A stretch of 64,000 nt of DNA from Oscillospiraceae bacterium (GCA_015065545.1 SVQA01000009.1:19016-83015); one strand, 5' to 3'; positions 17,673 through 28,078 are shown, numbered from the stretch's first letter. The notes: a model not told the origin generated them from the letters alone. Numbers and translations are program-made.

Positions 17673-19049
17673 TTAACCTAAATAAATGTCATCTCGGGTA
17701 TATGAATATTCCACATCGTTTACAAACTGTGTCACACCCTCTACATCTTCCCTTTCAACCTCGAATAAGGTCAGGCGGTAATCCATATCACAAGGACCTG
17801 AAGTCGGCTGTGTAACATATCTTTTGATAGTCAGGGTGTCACCCTCTACTGTCAGAGAACCGAAGTTCTGACTGCTTCCGCTACCGCCAATAATAAAGAA
17901 CGTTACAATAAGGGCGTTATCCTCAAAATAACTATCATCATACCTTGTGGGAAGTTCAACCCTGCTCATATATTCTGTATCGACCTTGCTGAAAATCTCC
18001 TGAAGCTCCTGGGCATTTTTCGGAATAAAGCTTACAGGCTCCCAATCATGATTGTACATTCCCACTCTGTATTCATCAAAACCTTTAATATCAATATATC
18101 TTTTGCCATCGGGGGTTTCGGGATTCTGTGGTTTGTCGCTCTTATACTCGATAGCCTCGATTGCTATTTTCAACTCTTCAATAGCTTCTTCTACTATACT
18201 TGCCTCGTCCCAACTCTCACAATTGTAAGCAGACAAGGCATTACTTTCTGCACGCATATAAGTGTTGAAACTCTCGGCTGTAAGGGTTTTGCCTACGGTG
18301 AGTTCCTGTCCCTGTTCTATAAGAGCAAGAAGTTCTATTCTTAAATCCACTATATAGAGATTGTAGTAAATATATCTGTTTTTGATAATTCCTGCAAGGA
18401 ACTTCTGAATTTCGGTAGCATCATTTATGTTGATCTGACCGTCACGGTTTATATCAACAGAAAGAAGTCTTTTTTCGGAAAGAGTCACAATACCTGCAAG
18501 GTGCTTCTGAATCTCGGTTACATCCTTGATATTTACTTTTCTATCACCATTGCTGTCACCGAAGATAAGGCTCTCAAGATTCTCGTAGGCTTTTAAGAGT
18601 TCATCAGCAAGCATAAGCAGTTCTTCTGTCGTGTAAATATCATCATAAGCATTGAGATGTGCCATTCCGGCATTTACCTTTGCAGTAATGTACACTTCAT
18701 AAGATTCATCGGTATAATGTTTCTCGTTTACACCCTGTGTGGCTTCAATCACACTTACAAGATATGCATAAGCTTCATCAAAGGACGCGTCTGCAAGTAT
18801 CTCGTCATCGGTTGAAATCTCATCGGATGTGGAAACTTCATCATCTGTTGACACTTCGTCAGATGTGGAAACTTCATCATCTGTTGCAACCTCATCTGAT
18901 GTGGAAATTTCATCATCTGTTGACACTTCGTCAGATGTAGCTACACCTGTGACCAATACATCCGAAAATTCCTGTGCAGATACAAAGGTCACCGACAACG
19001 ATAAAATCAAAAGGCTCACCAATAACATTGATAATAATTTTTTAAACAT
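17673..19049 (-). CDS. Secreted dockerin protein: acidic xxTxDE repeats, FIVAR-like helices, dockerin, PrcB_C-like domain
   Basis: Signal peptide; GDSNGDRKVNIKDVTEIQK / DINRDGQININDATEIQK dockerin pair; YTDES helical module; C-terminal YFEDNALIV...GSGS...DM. Confidence 0.8.
   Translation of the reverse strand: MFKKLLSMLLVSLLILSLSVTFVSAQEFSDVLVTGVATSDEVSTDDEISTSDEVATDDEVSTSDEVSTDDEVSTSDEISTDDEILADASFDEAYAYLVSVIEATQGVNEKHYTDESYEVYITAKVNAGMAHLNAYDDIYTTEELLMLADELLKAYENLESLIFGDSNGDRKVNIKDVTEIQKHLAGIVTLSEKRLLSVDINRDGQININDATEIQKFLAGIIKNRYIYYNLYIVDLRIELLALIEQGQELTVGKTLTAESFNTYMRAESNALSAYNCESWDEASIVEEAIEELKIAIEAIEYKSDKPQNPETPDGKRYIDIKGFDEYRVGMYNHDWEPVSFIPKNAQELQEIFSKVDTEYMSRVELPTRYDDSYFEDNALIVTFFIIGGSGSSQNFGSLTVEGDTLTIKRYVTQPTSGPCDMDYRLTLFEVEREDVEGVTQFVNDVEYSYTRDDIYLG
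18790..18950 (-). repeat. In-frame 18/36-nt tandem repeat encoding (V/I)(S/A)T(S/D)DE hexapeptides
   Basis: atgtggaaacttcatcatctgttgacacttcgtcag-like units repeated about 3.5 times; about nine hexapeptides in the protein. Confidence 0.9.
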
Positions 19050-19162
19050 AAAAATCAGCTCCTGTCTTTTTTATTTTCGCCTTTCACATATAATACAATC
19101 GAAGAATAAAAAACATCACATAATTTTTACAATTTTTTTAATTATTAAAAAAATTCTTTTTA

Positions 19163-19792
19163 TTAATAAATTCTAATGACCTTATTTCCACTGTCTACAG
19201 AAACTGAAGCACCATTCCATCTGGCAATAGCACTTGCCATAGAGGGTAAATCTATATAAACCTCCTCATCAATCATTTCGCGGATGGGATTTTCTATTCC
19301 GTAAGGAAGATAAATGCAGAAATTCTCGTACTCTGTATTTATATACAGTTCATCGTTACCATACCATAGGGAAAGCTCCGTATCGGTTAACCATTCTACC
19401 TCTGCACCAAATTCTTTGCCAATTAACAAAAGAGGAAGTGCCGGTTCGTCATATCCTTCATACATGGGCAAATAAGCAGATACCTCTTTGCCTTTAACAA
19501 CAAGACTCCATTCCTTAATCTCGTCCTTTTTAGGATCTGTTGGTTTTGGAATAGTAACGATAACCTGTGCTGTAGGCTGAGGTTCAACATAACCATCACT
19601 TGTCAGTTTTGTTTCTTCCACCGACGCTGAAGATGTTGCATTTACAGAAGAAGGCTCTGTAGCACCGATAACCTGTGATTCAGTTTTTTCGGATTCTGAA
19701 ACCTCCTTCGGATCATTTTTTTCAGAAGATGAACAACCTACAAGCCCAATAAGCAGAAGCAGAATAAAAAGTAATATAAAAAATCTTCTCAT
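19163..19792 (-). CDS. Lipoprotein, possibly with copper-amine-oxidase N-terminal (stalk)-like domain
   Basis: Lipobox LVGC; Ser/Thr/Pro linker; PLLLIGKEFGAEVEW...YIDL...GASVSVD. Confidence 0.6.
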   Translation of the reverse strand: MRRFFILLFILLLLIGLVGCSSSEKNDPKEVSESEKTESQVIGATEPSSVNATSSASVEETKLTSDGYVEPQPTAQVIVTIPKPTDPKKDEIKEWSLVVKGKEVSAYLPMYEGYDEPALPLLLIGKEFGAEVEWLTDTELSLWYGNDELYINTEYENFCIYLPYGIENPIREMIDEEVYIDLPSMASAIARWNGASVSVDSGNKVIRIY

Positions 19793-19834
19793 AAAGAATC
19801 TTCCTCTCTTTTAAGTCATAGCACAAAATCCGAA

Positions 19835-22387
19835 TTATTCGGAAATTATATGAACTAAAATATCTTTGCCTAAATCTTCACAAGCTTTAAGCCCTGCAAG
19901 ATGCTTCTGAATCTCTGTTGCATCCTTGATATTAACCGCACCATCGCGGTTAGCATCAGCGGTAAATTTGCCATTCTCCTCAAGGTTATTAAGCCCTGCC
20001 ACACATTTCTGTATAAAAGTTGCGTCCTTGATTGTTACCTTTCCGTCTTTGTCAACATCACCGAGAGTCACATATAACTCGTCGGGTGTAGGTTCATCGG
20101 GAGAGGGCTCAACGGGAGGAGCATCGTTAAGCAGCACGAGAGATTCCATCGCACTCTGAAGCTTCTGTGCAGCTAAATAATACTCCGAGTCACTCTGACC
20201 ATAATAGTAAGTTCCCATAGCATCCGAATAAGCATCGCTATAAACAGACCAACTTTCACCGGTGTAATCTGCTCTCTCTCCTACATCAATCTGTGATTTT
20301 TCTATCACATTCCAAAGGGTCTGCTTTGCCTCGGATGAAACAGGAGGTGCTGTCAAACCTCTGATAGCCTCTGAAACAAGATCTATCTGTTCCACAATTT
20401 CGTTGGTAGTTGCATTTATGTTATCATAAACCAGTCTTGCCTTGTCAAGAGCATCGAGAAGTTGTTTGTAAGACTCGGATGTGTAGTTACCTCCCACAGG
20501 AGCACCTGCTCTGACAATCTTATAAAGTTTTTCACGGGCATTTTTATGAAGCTCATCCATTGCATCATAAAGATCAATAACAGCAAATACATATTCCTCT
20601 TCGATAGAATTTTCGGAATTTAACACTTCAGCCGCATAGGTCTGTACTCTTGTAAACTCGCTCCAGATTTCAGTATCAAAATGGTCAGAAAACACAATTT
20701 TTTCCGACTTTGAAAGGACCTCGGCAAGTGCTTTCTTCTTGTCTTCGGGAATGGGAACAATTTCTTTGAGATTACGATATGCTTCTTCTAATGTTTCTTT
20801 AGCCTTTAAAACTTCCTCTATGCTTGCATCCTCGTTTTCGTAAACTATAGTTGCGTTGGCTATAGCACTTTCCAGAGCCTTTATAGATTTGGAAGTAAAC
20901 TCACCTTCAGGTACACCTTGTTCAATAAGCAAAAGAAGCTCTGCACGAGCAACCTGACGTTCTGCATCTGCAGAAACAAGGCTCTCCATAGCTACACCAA
21001 GGGCATTGGCTGCATTTATAAATTCATTGTCACTTTCGCCATTTTCTAGCACTCTTACAGCCTCAAGGTATGCCTTGATGTAAACACTCCAACTTTCAGG
21101 GGTATAGTTTTCTTCCCCGGAAACCTCATCCCGTGCCAAAGAGATTACATCCGAAAGAAAATTACGAGCTTCTTCAGAAACAATTACTTTTTCCAAAAGC
21201 TTAATAGAATCTTGAAGCTTTGTGTTTTCTGCCTGAAGTTCCTGTAAGGTTGCGTCCTCTTTGACATAAACTGCATTTGCATTATCCAAAGCAAGCTCTA
21301 AACCTTCTACAGATTCTTTGGTGTATTTTTCGCCGCTATTAAGGATTCCGTGAGCAGTATTGATTGTATTCAGCAACTCGTTTTTTGCTCCAATAATGAG
21401 TACATCAACCTTTACAAGCGAAGTCATAGCTTCTCCCAAAGTATTGGCTGCAGAAATAAACTCCTCTTCGCAAGTGCCGAGGCTCTGTACTCTTTTAGCC
21501 TCCTGATATGCATCAAAATACACTCCCCAGCTCTCTGGAGTGTAATCCTTCTCGTCAAAAGCCTTTGCGTCCGCCTGAGAAATTACTCCCGACAAGTACT
21601 CACGCACCTGTGCAGAAATAGTAATCTCTTCCATATAATTCATTGTATTTTCTAATTTATCTGCTTCATAATAAAGCATCTGTGCTGTTGCTGATGTATT
21701 GTAATAAACCTCGTTTGCTGACTCGATTGCTGCTTCCAGCATCTGCAAAGATTCTGCTGTAAAGTTTGAATCACTGTCAAGAGTATTATAGGCTTTGTTA
21801 ATCACAAGCCGCAGATAATCACGAGCCTGAGAAACATTTGAAGCAACAGGCACAAGATTTTTTACAGCAGTATTCAGAGCTTCTGCAGCAGCAATCGCTT
21901 CTTCGTCTGACTGTGCCTGAGTCTGCATACGCTTTGCCTCCAGAAGAGCCGCATAATACACCGTATATGATTCGGGAGTGTAATCAAGCTCTGTGCTTAC
22001 CTTAGATTCAGCCATAACTATTGCAGAGGACAGATAATAAGCTACGTTCTCAGAAACACCCTTCTTCTTCATATTATCTATTGCAGATTTGAGCTTTTTA
22101 GCCTGTAGGTTCATCTGTTCGGCTGTAGCACTCGGATTATAATAAACGCTGTAAGCCTCGCCCATCGCCTGCTCCAGAACCGCACAAGACTCTGGAGTAT
22201 ATGTATTTATATCGGGAGATTGGAGAATTTTTACGGCTTCATCCAGCAATCCTTCCAGATACTCCTTTGCATCTTCGACATCTGCACTTACACTTAAAAG
22301 TTCAGCCTCCTGTGCCGATACAAAGGGCACAGACAAAGAGAAAATCATAAGAACAATAAGTAATATAGAAAGCATCTTTTTAAGCAT
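19835..22387 (-). CDS. Secreted protein of ten ~70-aa FIVAR-like helical repeats with C-terminal dockerin
   Basis: Signal peptide; repeated YT(P/x)ES...A..L..A...L modules; GDVDKDGKVTIKDATFIQK / ADANRDGAVNIKDATEIQK. Confidence 0.85.
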   Translation of the reverse strand: MLKKMLSILLIVLMIFSLSVPFVSAQEAELLSVSADVEDAKEYLEGLLDEAVKILQSPDINTYTPESCAVLEQAMGEAYSVYYNPSATAEQMNLQAKKLKSAIDNMKKKGVSENVAYYLSSAIVMAESKVSTELDYTPESYTVYYAALLEAKRMQTQAQSDEEAIAAAEALNTAVKNLVPVASNVSQARDYLRLVINKAYNTLDSDSNFTAESLQMLEAAIESANEVYYNTSATAQMLYYEADKLENTMNYMEEITISAQVREYLSGVISQADAKAFDEKDYTPESWGVYFDAYQEAKRVQSLGTCEEEFISAANTLGEAMTSLVKVDVLIIGAKNELLNTINTAHGILNSGEKYTKESVEGLELALDNANAVYVKEDATLQELQAENTKLQDSIKLLEKVIVSEEARNFLSDVISLARDEVSGEENYTPESWSVYIKAYLEAVRVLENGESDNEFINAANALGVAMESLVSADAERQVARAELLLLIEQGVPEGEFTSKSIKALESAIANATIVYENEDASIEEVLKAKETLEEAYRNLKEIVPIPEDKKKALAEVLSKSEKIVFSDHFDTEIWSEFTRVQTYAAEVLNSENSIEEEYVFAVIDLYDAMDELHKNAREKLYKIVRAGAPVGGNYTSESYKQLLDALDKARLVYDNINATTNEIVEQIDLVSEAIRGLTAPPVSSEAKQTLWNVIEKSQIDVGERADYTGESWSVYSDAYSDAMGTYYYGQSDSEYYLAAQKLQSAMESLVLLNDAPPVEPSPDEPTPDELYVTLGDVDKDGKVTIKDATFIQKCVAGLNNLEENGKFTADANRDGAVNIKDATEIQKHLAGLKACEDLGKDILVHIISE

Positions 22388-22565
22388 AATAACTCTCCTT
22401 CTGCATTTTTACATCTTAATAATACAATATTATTATAGAACAAATCTCGGGGTATGTAAACATAATTATTATTTGACTCTCCCTCAATCTTTTTTTTGCA
22501 TTGAAAAAAAAGACAGCTCCCCTTGCCAGAGGAGCTGCGAATACTTAAGCTTGCAAAACAAAATA

Positions 22566-22769
22566 TTATTGCATATCATTCTGTGCCTGTTTGGCGAATT
22601 CTGTATTGAGGTTATCTGTGCTATGAGGCTTTACGGGATTTGTGGCAGGTTTTATGTCAATTTCGTTTCTTACCACATTCTCAATAACGCCGTGGTCATA
22701 GTTTTTCTTGCTTCCTGCAGGCATTTCTTCGGGAAATCTTCCGGGTTTGTTTTCGTTTTTATTATCCAT
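22566..22769 (-). CDS. Small hydrophilic hypothetical protein (67 aa)
   Basis: AAAGGTGA RBS before ATG 22769; own terminator at ~22510-22540. Confidence 0.55.
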   Translation of the reverse strand: MDNKNENKPGRFPEEMPAGSKKNYDHGVIENVVRNEIDIKPATNPVKPHSTDNLNTEFAKQAQNDMQ

Positions 22770-22936
22770 AATATCACCTTTTCTTTTCGATTTAAGAATA
22801 TTATCCTCAAAACTTAAAAGAAAATTCAAAATATCATTGTATTTTCCTTTTAAATGGAGTAATATAGACACAGTTTATTAAATGATTATTTCACAAAACT
22901 TTATATATTTTGCTTTTCAAAAAGGAGCACAAAACT

Positions 22937-24295
22937 ATGAAAATTGTAATTGTCGGTTGCGGCAAAATCGGAAAATCCCTTATTGCAAGTTTGGTTACCG
23001 AGGGACACGAAGTTGTTGTAATTGATAAAAAGCAAGAAAAAGTTGCAGATGCAATTAATATCTATGACGTTATCGGTGTTTGCGGTATAGGTACCGACTC
23101 AGTTACACTTACCGAAGCAGGCGTTGACAAGGCGGATATTTTTATTGCCGTAACAGGCTCGGACGAGCTTAATATGCTCAGCTGTTATATTGCCAAAACT
23201 CTGGGCGCAGAAAACACAGTTGCACGTATCCGTGACAGAGCATACAACGAGAATTCTCTGGGATTTCTTCAGCAGAAGCTTAACCTTTCAATGTCAATAA
23301 ATCCCGAGAGATTTGCCGCCGAGGATATTTATAACGTTCTTAAGGTTCCCGGTGCAGCCCACATAGAAACCTTCTCTACCAGAAACTTTGAGATTATCGA
23401 GCTTCTGCTTAAAGAAGACAGCACACTTCACAATGTAAAGGTTATGGATCTGAGAAAGCAGTACAAAGCCAACTTCCTTATCTGTGCTGTGCAGAGAGGG
23501 GAAGAGGTATTTATTCCCGACGGTAACTTTGTACTTCAAAGCGGTGACAAAATTGCTCTTACCGCCCCTCCTACCGAAATTCTCAAGCTTCTCAGAAGCC
23601 TTAAGATTACTCGTAAGCAAGCAAGAAATGTTATGATTTTAGGCGGCAGCCGTACTGCATACTACCTTGCAAAAATGCTTCTTAATTCAGGCAACTCGGT
23701 TACTATTATTGATAAAGATCCCGTAAGATGCCGAGAGCTTGACGAAGCACTACCCGGTGCTACCATAATTCACGGAGACGGTGCACAGCAGGAAGTTCTC
23801 CTTGAAGAAGGACTTAAAAATATGGATGCCTTCATCTCTCTTACGGGTATGGACGAGGAAAATATACTTATCTCCTACTATGCCGCTTCCCAGAACGTTC
23901 CCAAGGTTATTACCAAGGTTAATCGAAGCGAGTTTGTTGCAGTTGCAGGCAGAATGGGACTCGACACCCTCGTATCTCCCCGAAGAACAATTACAGACGT
24001 TATAGTTCGATACGCAAGAGCTCTGCAGAACACCGTAGGCAACAATGTTGAAAAGCTCTACAAAATTATGGATGGCAACGCAGAAGCTCTGATGTTCAAT
24101 GTAAATTCTGACTTTGAATATATTGATATACCTCTCAAGAATATTTCCTTTAAGAAAAATCTTCTTATTGCAGGTATTCTTCGTAACCGCAAGGCAAGCG
24201 TTCCCACAGGTAACGATGTTATCATGGCAGGCGACAAGGTTGTTGTTATCAGTACTGATCACATTCTCTACGACCTTGCTGACATAATCGCATAA
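22937..24295 (+). CDS. trkA: Trk potassium uptake regulatory subunit TrkA
   Basis: Two RCK/NAD-binding halves (IVGCGKIG; ILGGSRTA); adjacent trkH. Confidence 0.95.
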   Translation: MKIVIVGCGKIGKSLIASLVTEGHEVVVIDKKQEKVADAINIYDVIGVCGIGTDSVTLTEAGVDKADIFIAVTGSDELNMLSCYIAKTLGAENTVARIRDRAYNENSLGFLQQKLNLSMSINPERFAAEDIYNVLKVPGAAHIETFSTRNFEIIELLLKEDSTLHNVKVMDLRKQYKANFLICAVQRGEEVFIPDGNFVLQSGDKIALTAPPTEILKLLRSLKITRKQARNVMILGGSRTAYYLAKMLLNSGNSVTIIDKDPVRCRELDEALPGATIIHGDGAQQEVLLEEGLKNMDAFISLTGMDEENILISYYAASQNVPKVITKVNRSEFVAVAGRMGLDTLVSPRRTITDVIVRYARALQNTVGNNVEKLYKIMDGNAEALMFNVNSDFEYIDIPLKNISFKKNLLIAGILRNRKASVPTGNDVIMAGDKVVVISTDHILYDLADIIA

Positions 24296-24308
24296 ACGAG
24301 GTACCGAT

Positions 24309-25760
24309 ATGAACAGACGAATGGTACTTTATACACTGGGACATATCTCGGTGGCAAATGCGGCTCTGCTCACTCTGCCGATGGTAGTCTCTCTTATTTA
24401 CGGAGAGTTTTGCAGCATGCTGGCATTCCTTATTTCCGCAGGTATATCTATAGTACTGGGACTTTTGTTGCGATTTACAGCCCGTCCCGGAACAAAAGTT
24501 ATTTATGCAAAAGAAGGCTTTGCAATAGTCTCTTATGCATGGCTTCTTATGGCGGCAATAGGTGCTCTGCCCTTTGTTATAGAGGGCGCTATCCCCTCTT
24601 ATTTTGATGCTTTCTTTGAAACTGTCAGCGGATTCACCACCACAGGTGCTTCTATACTTTCAGGAGAAAGCATTACATCTATGAGCCACGGACTTCTTTT
24701 CTGGCGAAGCTTCACCCACTGGATTGGCGGTATGGGTGTACTTGTATTTGTAATGGCAATTATCCCAAACATTTCTGACCGCTCAATTCACATTATGCGT
24801 GCTGAAATGCCCGGCCCTGAGGTTGGTAAGCTCCTGCCAAAAGCAAGGGATACCGCAAAAATCCTTTATCTTATCTACATTGTGATGACCGCAGTAGAGA
24901 TTATCCTTCTGCTTTGCGGCGGAATGCCTTTCTTTGACAGCGTAGTTCATTCCTTCGGTACAGCAGGTACAGGCGGCTTTGGTATTAAGCCCGACAGTAT
25001 TGGTAGCTACAGTCCCTATCTCCAGTGGGTAATTGCAATTTTTATGCTGATTTTCGGCATAAACTTCAACCTGTTTTACCTTATCCTTATCCGAAAGTTC
25101 TCTCATGTTTTCCGAAACTCAGAGCTTTGGTGCTATCTTGGCATTGTGGGAATTTCGGTTTGTATTATTACTGCAAATATATTCTCTATGTATAACGGTC
25201 TGGAAGAGAGTCTGAGAATGTCTGCATTCCAGGTTGCTTCTATAATTTCCACAACAGGCTATGCCACCACAGACTTCAATATGTGGCCTCAGCTTTCTAA
25301 GTCCATACTGCTTATCCTGATGTTCACAGGTGCCTGTGCAGGCTCAACAGCAGGCGGACTTAAAATGTCCAGAGTTGTGCTTCTTGGTAAATCTATTTTC
25401 AGAGAGCTAAAAAAGATGCTTCACCCAAGGTCTGTAAAGGTTGTCAAGGTTGACGGCAAACGGGTAGACGAACAGGTGCTTGCAAGCACAACCTCTTACT
25501 TTGCAGTTTATATGCTTTGTGTTCTTGGCATTTTTGTGCTATTAAGCATTGAACCCTTCAGTATGGAAACGAATTTTTCTGCAACCGTTGCCTGCTTTAA
25601 CAACATAGGCCCCGGTCTTGCAGGAGTAGGTCCTGCTGCAAACTACGGTGCATACTCAGATTTCTCAAAAGTTCTTCTCTCTCTTGCTATGCTTTTAGGC
25701 CGACTTGAGATATTCCCTCTTATTTTGGGACTCAACCCCCTTGTATGGAAGAAAAAATAA
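24309..25760 (+). CDS. trkH: Trk potassium uptake membrane subunit TrkH
   Basis: FETVSGFTTTG, GTAGTGGF, ISTTGY, CAGSTAGGLK, FNNIGPG, LGRLEIF pore-loop motifs. Confidence 0.95.
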   Translation: MNRRMVLYTLGHISVANAALLTLPMVVSLIYGEFCSMLAFLISAGISIVLGLLLRFTARPGTKVIYAKEGFAIVSYAWLLMAAIGALPFVIEGAIPSYFDAFFETVSGFTTTGASILSGESITSMSHGLLFWRSFTHWIGGMGVLVFVMAIIPNISDRSIHIMRAEMPGPEVGKLLPKARDTAKILYLIYIVMTAVEIILLLCGGMPFFDSVVHSFGTAGTGGFGIKPDSIGSYSPYLQWVIAIFMLIFGINFNLFYLILIRKFSHVFRNSELWCYLGIVGISVCIITANIFSMYNGLEESLRMSAFQVASIISTTGYATTDFNMWPQLSKSILLILMFTGACAGSTAGGLKMSRVVLLGKSIFRELKKMLHPRSVKVVKVDGKRVDEQVLASTTSYFAVYMLCVLGIFVLLSIEPFSMETNFSATVACFNNIGPGLAGVGPAANYGAYSDFSKVLLSLAMLLGRLEIFPLILGLNPLVWKKK

Positions 25761-25772
25761 GCATTATATAAC

Positions 25773-25803
25773 AAAAGCCCGAGTTGAATTGACTCGGGCT
25801 TTT
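25773..25803. terminator. Bidirectional terminator
   Basis: aaaagcccgagt-tgaattg-actcgggctttt. Confidence 0.85.
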
Positions 25804-25808
25804 CACTA

Positions 25809-26300
25809 TTATACTTGCAGTTCAAAATTACTTATATCAAGGTATCTGCCGAATTTTTCGCCAACCTGATGAATTGTTCCGCAGAAGGTAAATCCCATTT
25901 TATCGTGGAGCCTTTCGCTCACACGATTTTCGCTGGTAATAACAGAAACAACCGTATGAATATTCTTATCCTCTTTTGCCATTCTGATAATCTCTTGCAT
26001 AAGAGCAGTTGCAACACCCCTGCCTCTATACTCCTTTGACACATAAACCGAAAGCTCAACGGTTGACTTGTAGGCTTCCTTCTCTCTGTAGGGAGAAAGA
26101 GATGCATAGCCTGCAACCACACCCTCAAGCTCGGCAACAATCAGAGGATGATTATCTACATTGTGAGCATAAAACCACTGGGTCCACTGCTCCAAGGTCT
26201 TTTCGTTCAAATCAAATGTAGCAGTAGAATTTATAACCTCGTAATTATATATATCCAATAAGGCTTCAATATCTTCTTTTTGTGCTGTACGAATTATCAT
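25809..26300 (-). CDS. GNAT N-acetyltransferase (phosphinothricin/methionine sulfoximine acetyltransferase-like, YncA/Pat family)
   Basis: IYNYEVINSTATFD, ELSVYV...RGRGVA, VGEKFGRYLD. Confidence 0.88.
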   Translation of the reverse strand: MIIRTAQKEDIEALLDIYNYEVINSTATFDLNEKTLEQWTQWFYAHNVDNHPLIVAELEGVVAGYASLSPYREKEAYKSTVELSVYVSKEYRGRGVATALMQEIIRMAKEDKNIHTVVSVITSENRVSERLHDKMGFTFCGTIHQVGEKFGRYLDISNFELQV

Positions 26301-26374
26301 TTTGCCTCTCCTTTAAAAGAATAACACAGATAATATATCACATTATTCTCTCTGTGGCAAGAGATAAAGCAAAG

Positions 26375-27046
26375 TCAGATTACATAAAAGAATATGCAAA
26401 CAAACTGGCAAACGCTTCCGATAAGACAGAAGATGTGGAACACAGAATGAACGTACCTGTGTTTTTTTCCAATACCGTAAAGCACGGCACCAATTGTATA
26501 TGCCACTCCGCCCAAAAGAAGCCAAATAAGACCCTGAAGTGCAATAGCACTTATGGTTACCTTTGCGGCAATAACTACACACCAACCCATACCAATATAG
26601 GTAATCATATTAAGCTTTGCAAATTTCTTATGGTCAATAGCAGAGAAGGTTGCACCCATAGCCGCAAGCCCCCACACAATACCAAACAGAATCCAACACC
26701 AAACAGGTGAAACCCTGCGGATAGCTGAAAGTACAATGGGAGTATATGTTCCTCCAATAAGGAAATAGATTGTACAGTGATCAAGCACCTGCATAACCTT
26801 CTTGCCCATACCGCTTACAAGCCCATGATATACGCTGGACATTGTGTAAAGTACAACAAGCGATGCTCCGTATATTGCACTGCCTACCACAGCCCAAGGG
26901 TCACGGTGAATTGCTGAAAATACAACACAAAGCACAAGTGCCACCACGCCAAAAGCACCGCCCACAATATGAGTTGTCATATTTACAAGCTCTTCTTTTC
27001 TTGTGTATGCAGGCAAAATTCTGTCTTTAAGCTTTGTTCTTGTCAT
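26375..27046 (-). CDS. Hemolysin III / PAQR family membrane protein
   Basis: EELVNMTTH, SSVYHG, LDHCTIYFLIGGTYTP, HSVFHIF. Confidence 0.93.
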   Translation of the reverse strand: MTRTKLKDRILPAYTRKEELVNMTTHIVGGAFGVVALVLCVVFSAIHRDPWAVVGSAIYGASLVVLYTMSSVYHGLVSGMGKKVMQVLDHCTIYFLIGGTYTPIVLSAIRRVSPVWCWILFGIVWGLAAMGATFSAIDHKKFAKLNMITYIGMGWCVVIAAKVTISAIALQGLIWLLLGGVAYTIGAVLYGIGKKHRYVHSVFHIFCLIGSVCQFVCIFFYVI

Positions 27047-27373
27047 AAAAAAGCCTCCATAGTTTTAGATCTTTTATTAGTTTGTTAAGAGCTTTTACAC
27101 TCCTGAAAATTTCTGCTTACAATTATAAAACTCATTCCCACTTTACTCAACCTACTACTATGCTTTTCGGCTATACAGGTGCAAATACCTGCGGTAGAGG
27201 TACTCTATCTACTCTCTACTTACAGTAGAGTACCCCGTAAACATCACAAAATCCGGCATTGATTTCTTACAAATAATATGATATTATTTATACACAGATT
27301 CTACGGTAGAGTTTCATTTCTACCATTATTAGAATCTTAAATTCCCAATCATTTAAAATATAAGGAGCATTTT

Positions 27374-28027
27374 ATGGACCAGATCAAACACACAATTTCA
27401 AAAAACATAACTGCTCTTCGCCTTGCAAAAGGGATAACCCAGATTGAGCTTGCCGAAATGCTCAACTACTCTGACAAAGCAATCTCAAAATGGGAGAGAG
27501 GCGAATCCATCCCCGACGTTACCGTACTTTACCGCATATCCGAAATCTTCGGAGTTACCCTTGATTACCTTGTGCACCCCCATAAAGAAGTTGACGATTC
27601 AGGCATAAAGCTTCACGATGCCGCAAGAAAGAGAAATCATATTGTTATCACTTGTATGAGTGTGCTTCTGGTGTGGCTTATTGCTACCATTGCATTTGCG
27701 TTATTTGATATGATACCTATGGAAACAAAAGCTTTGCACAGCCTTGCTTTTATTTATTCCATTCCCATTTCTGCAGTTGTGTGGCTTGTATTCAACTCTA
27801 TATGGTTTAATGCTAAAAGGAATTACCTCATTATTTCTCTTATTATGTGGTCGTTGCTTGCATCGCTCTACCTTTCTTTCCTCGCATTTTTGCAAAGCAA
27901 CTTCTGGATTATCTTTACTCTTGGTCTACCCGGACAGATAATTATTCTTCTTTGGTCAGGAATTAAATATCCTAAAATGACAAAAACATTCAAAAGAAAG
28001 AAAAAAACAGATAAAATAAAAAACTAA
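27374..28027 (+). CDS. XRE-family HTH regulator with C-terminal membrane domain
   Basis: LRLAKGITQIELAEMLNYSDKAISKWERGESIPD then about four TM helices. Confidence 0.9.
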   Translation: MDQIKHTISKNITALRLAKGITQIELAEMLNYSDKAISKWERGESIPDVTVLYRISEIFGVTLDYLVHPHKEVDDSGIKLHDAARKRNHIVITCMSVLLVWLIATIAFALFDMIPMETKALHSLAFIYSIPISAVVWLVFNSIWFNAKRNYLIISLIMWSLLASLYLSFLAFLQSNFWIIFTLGLPGQIIILLWSGIKYPKMTKTFKRKKKTDKIKN

Positions 28028-28078
28028 AGCGGTACAGCAGAAAGAATGCTGTACCGCTTACTTTTATTAGAATAATTT

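Noticed and set aside
18790-18950. 36-nt periodic repeat that could be mistaken for a CRISPR array
   Set aside because: No unique spacers, in-frame coding repeat, no cas genes.
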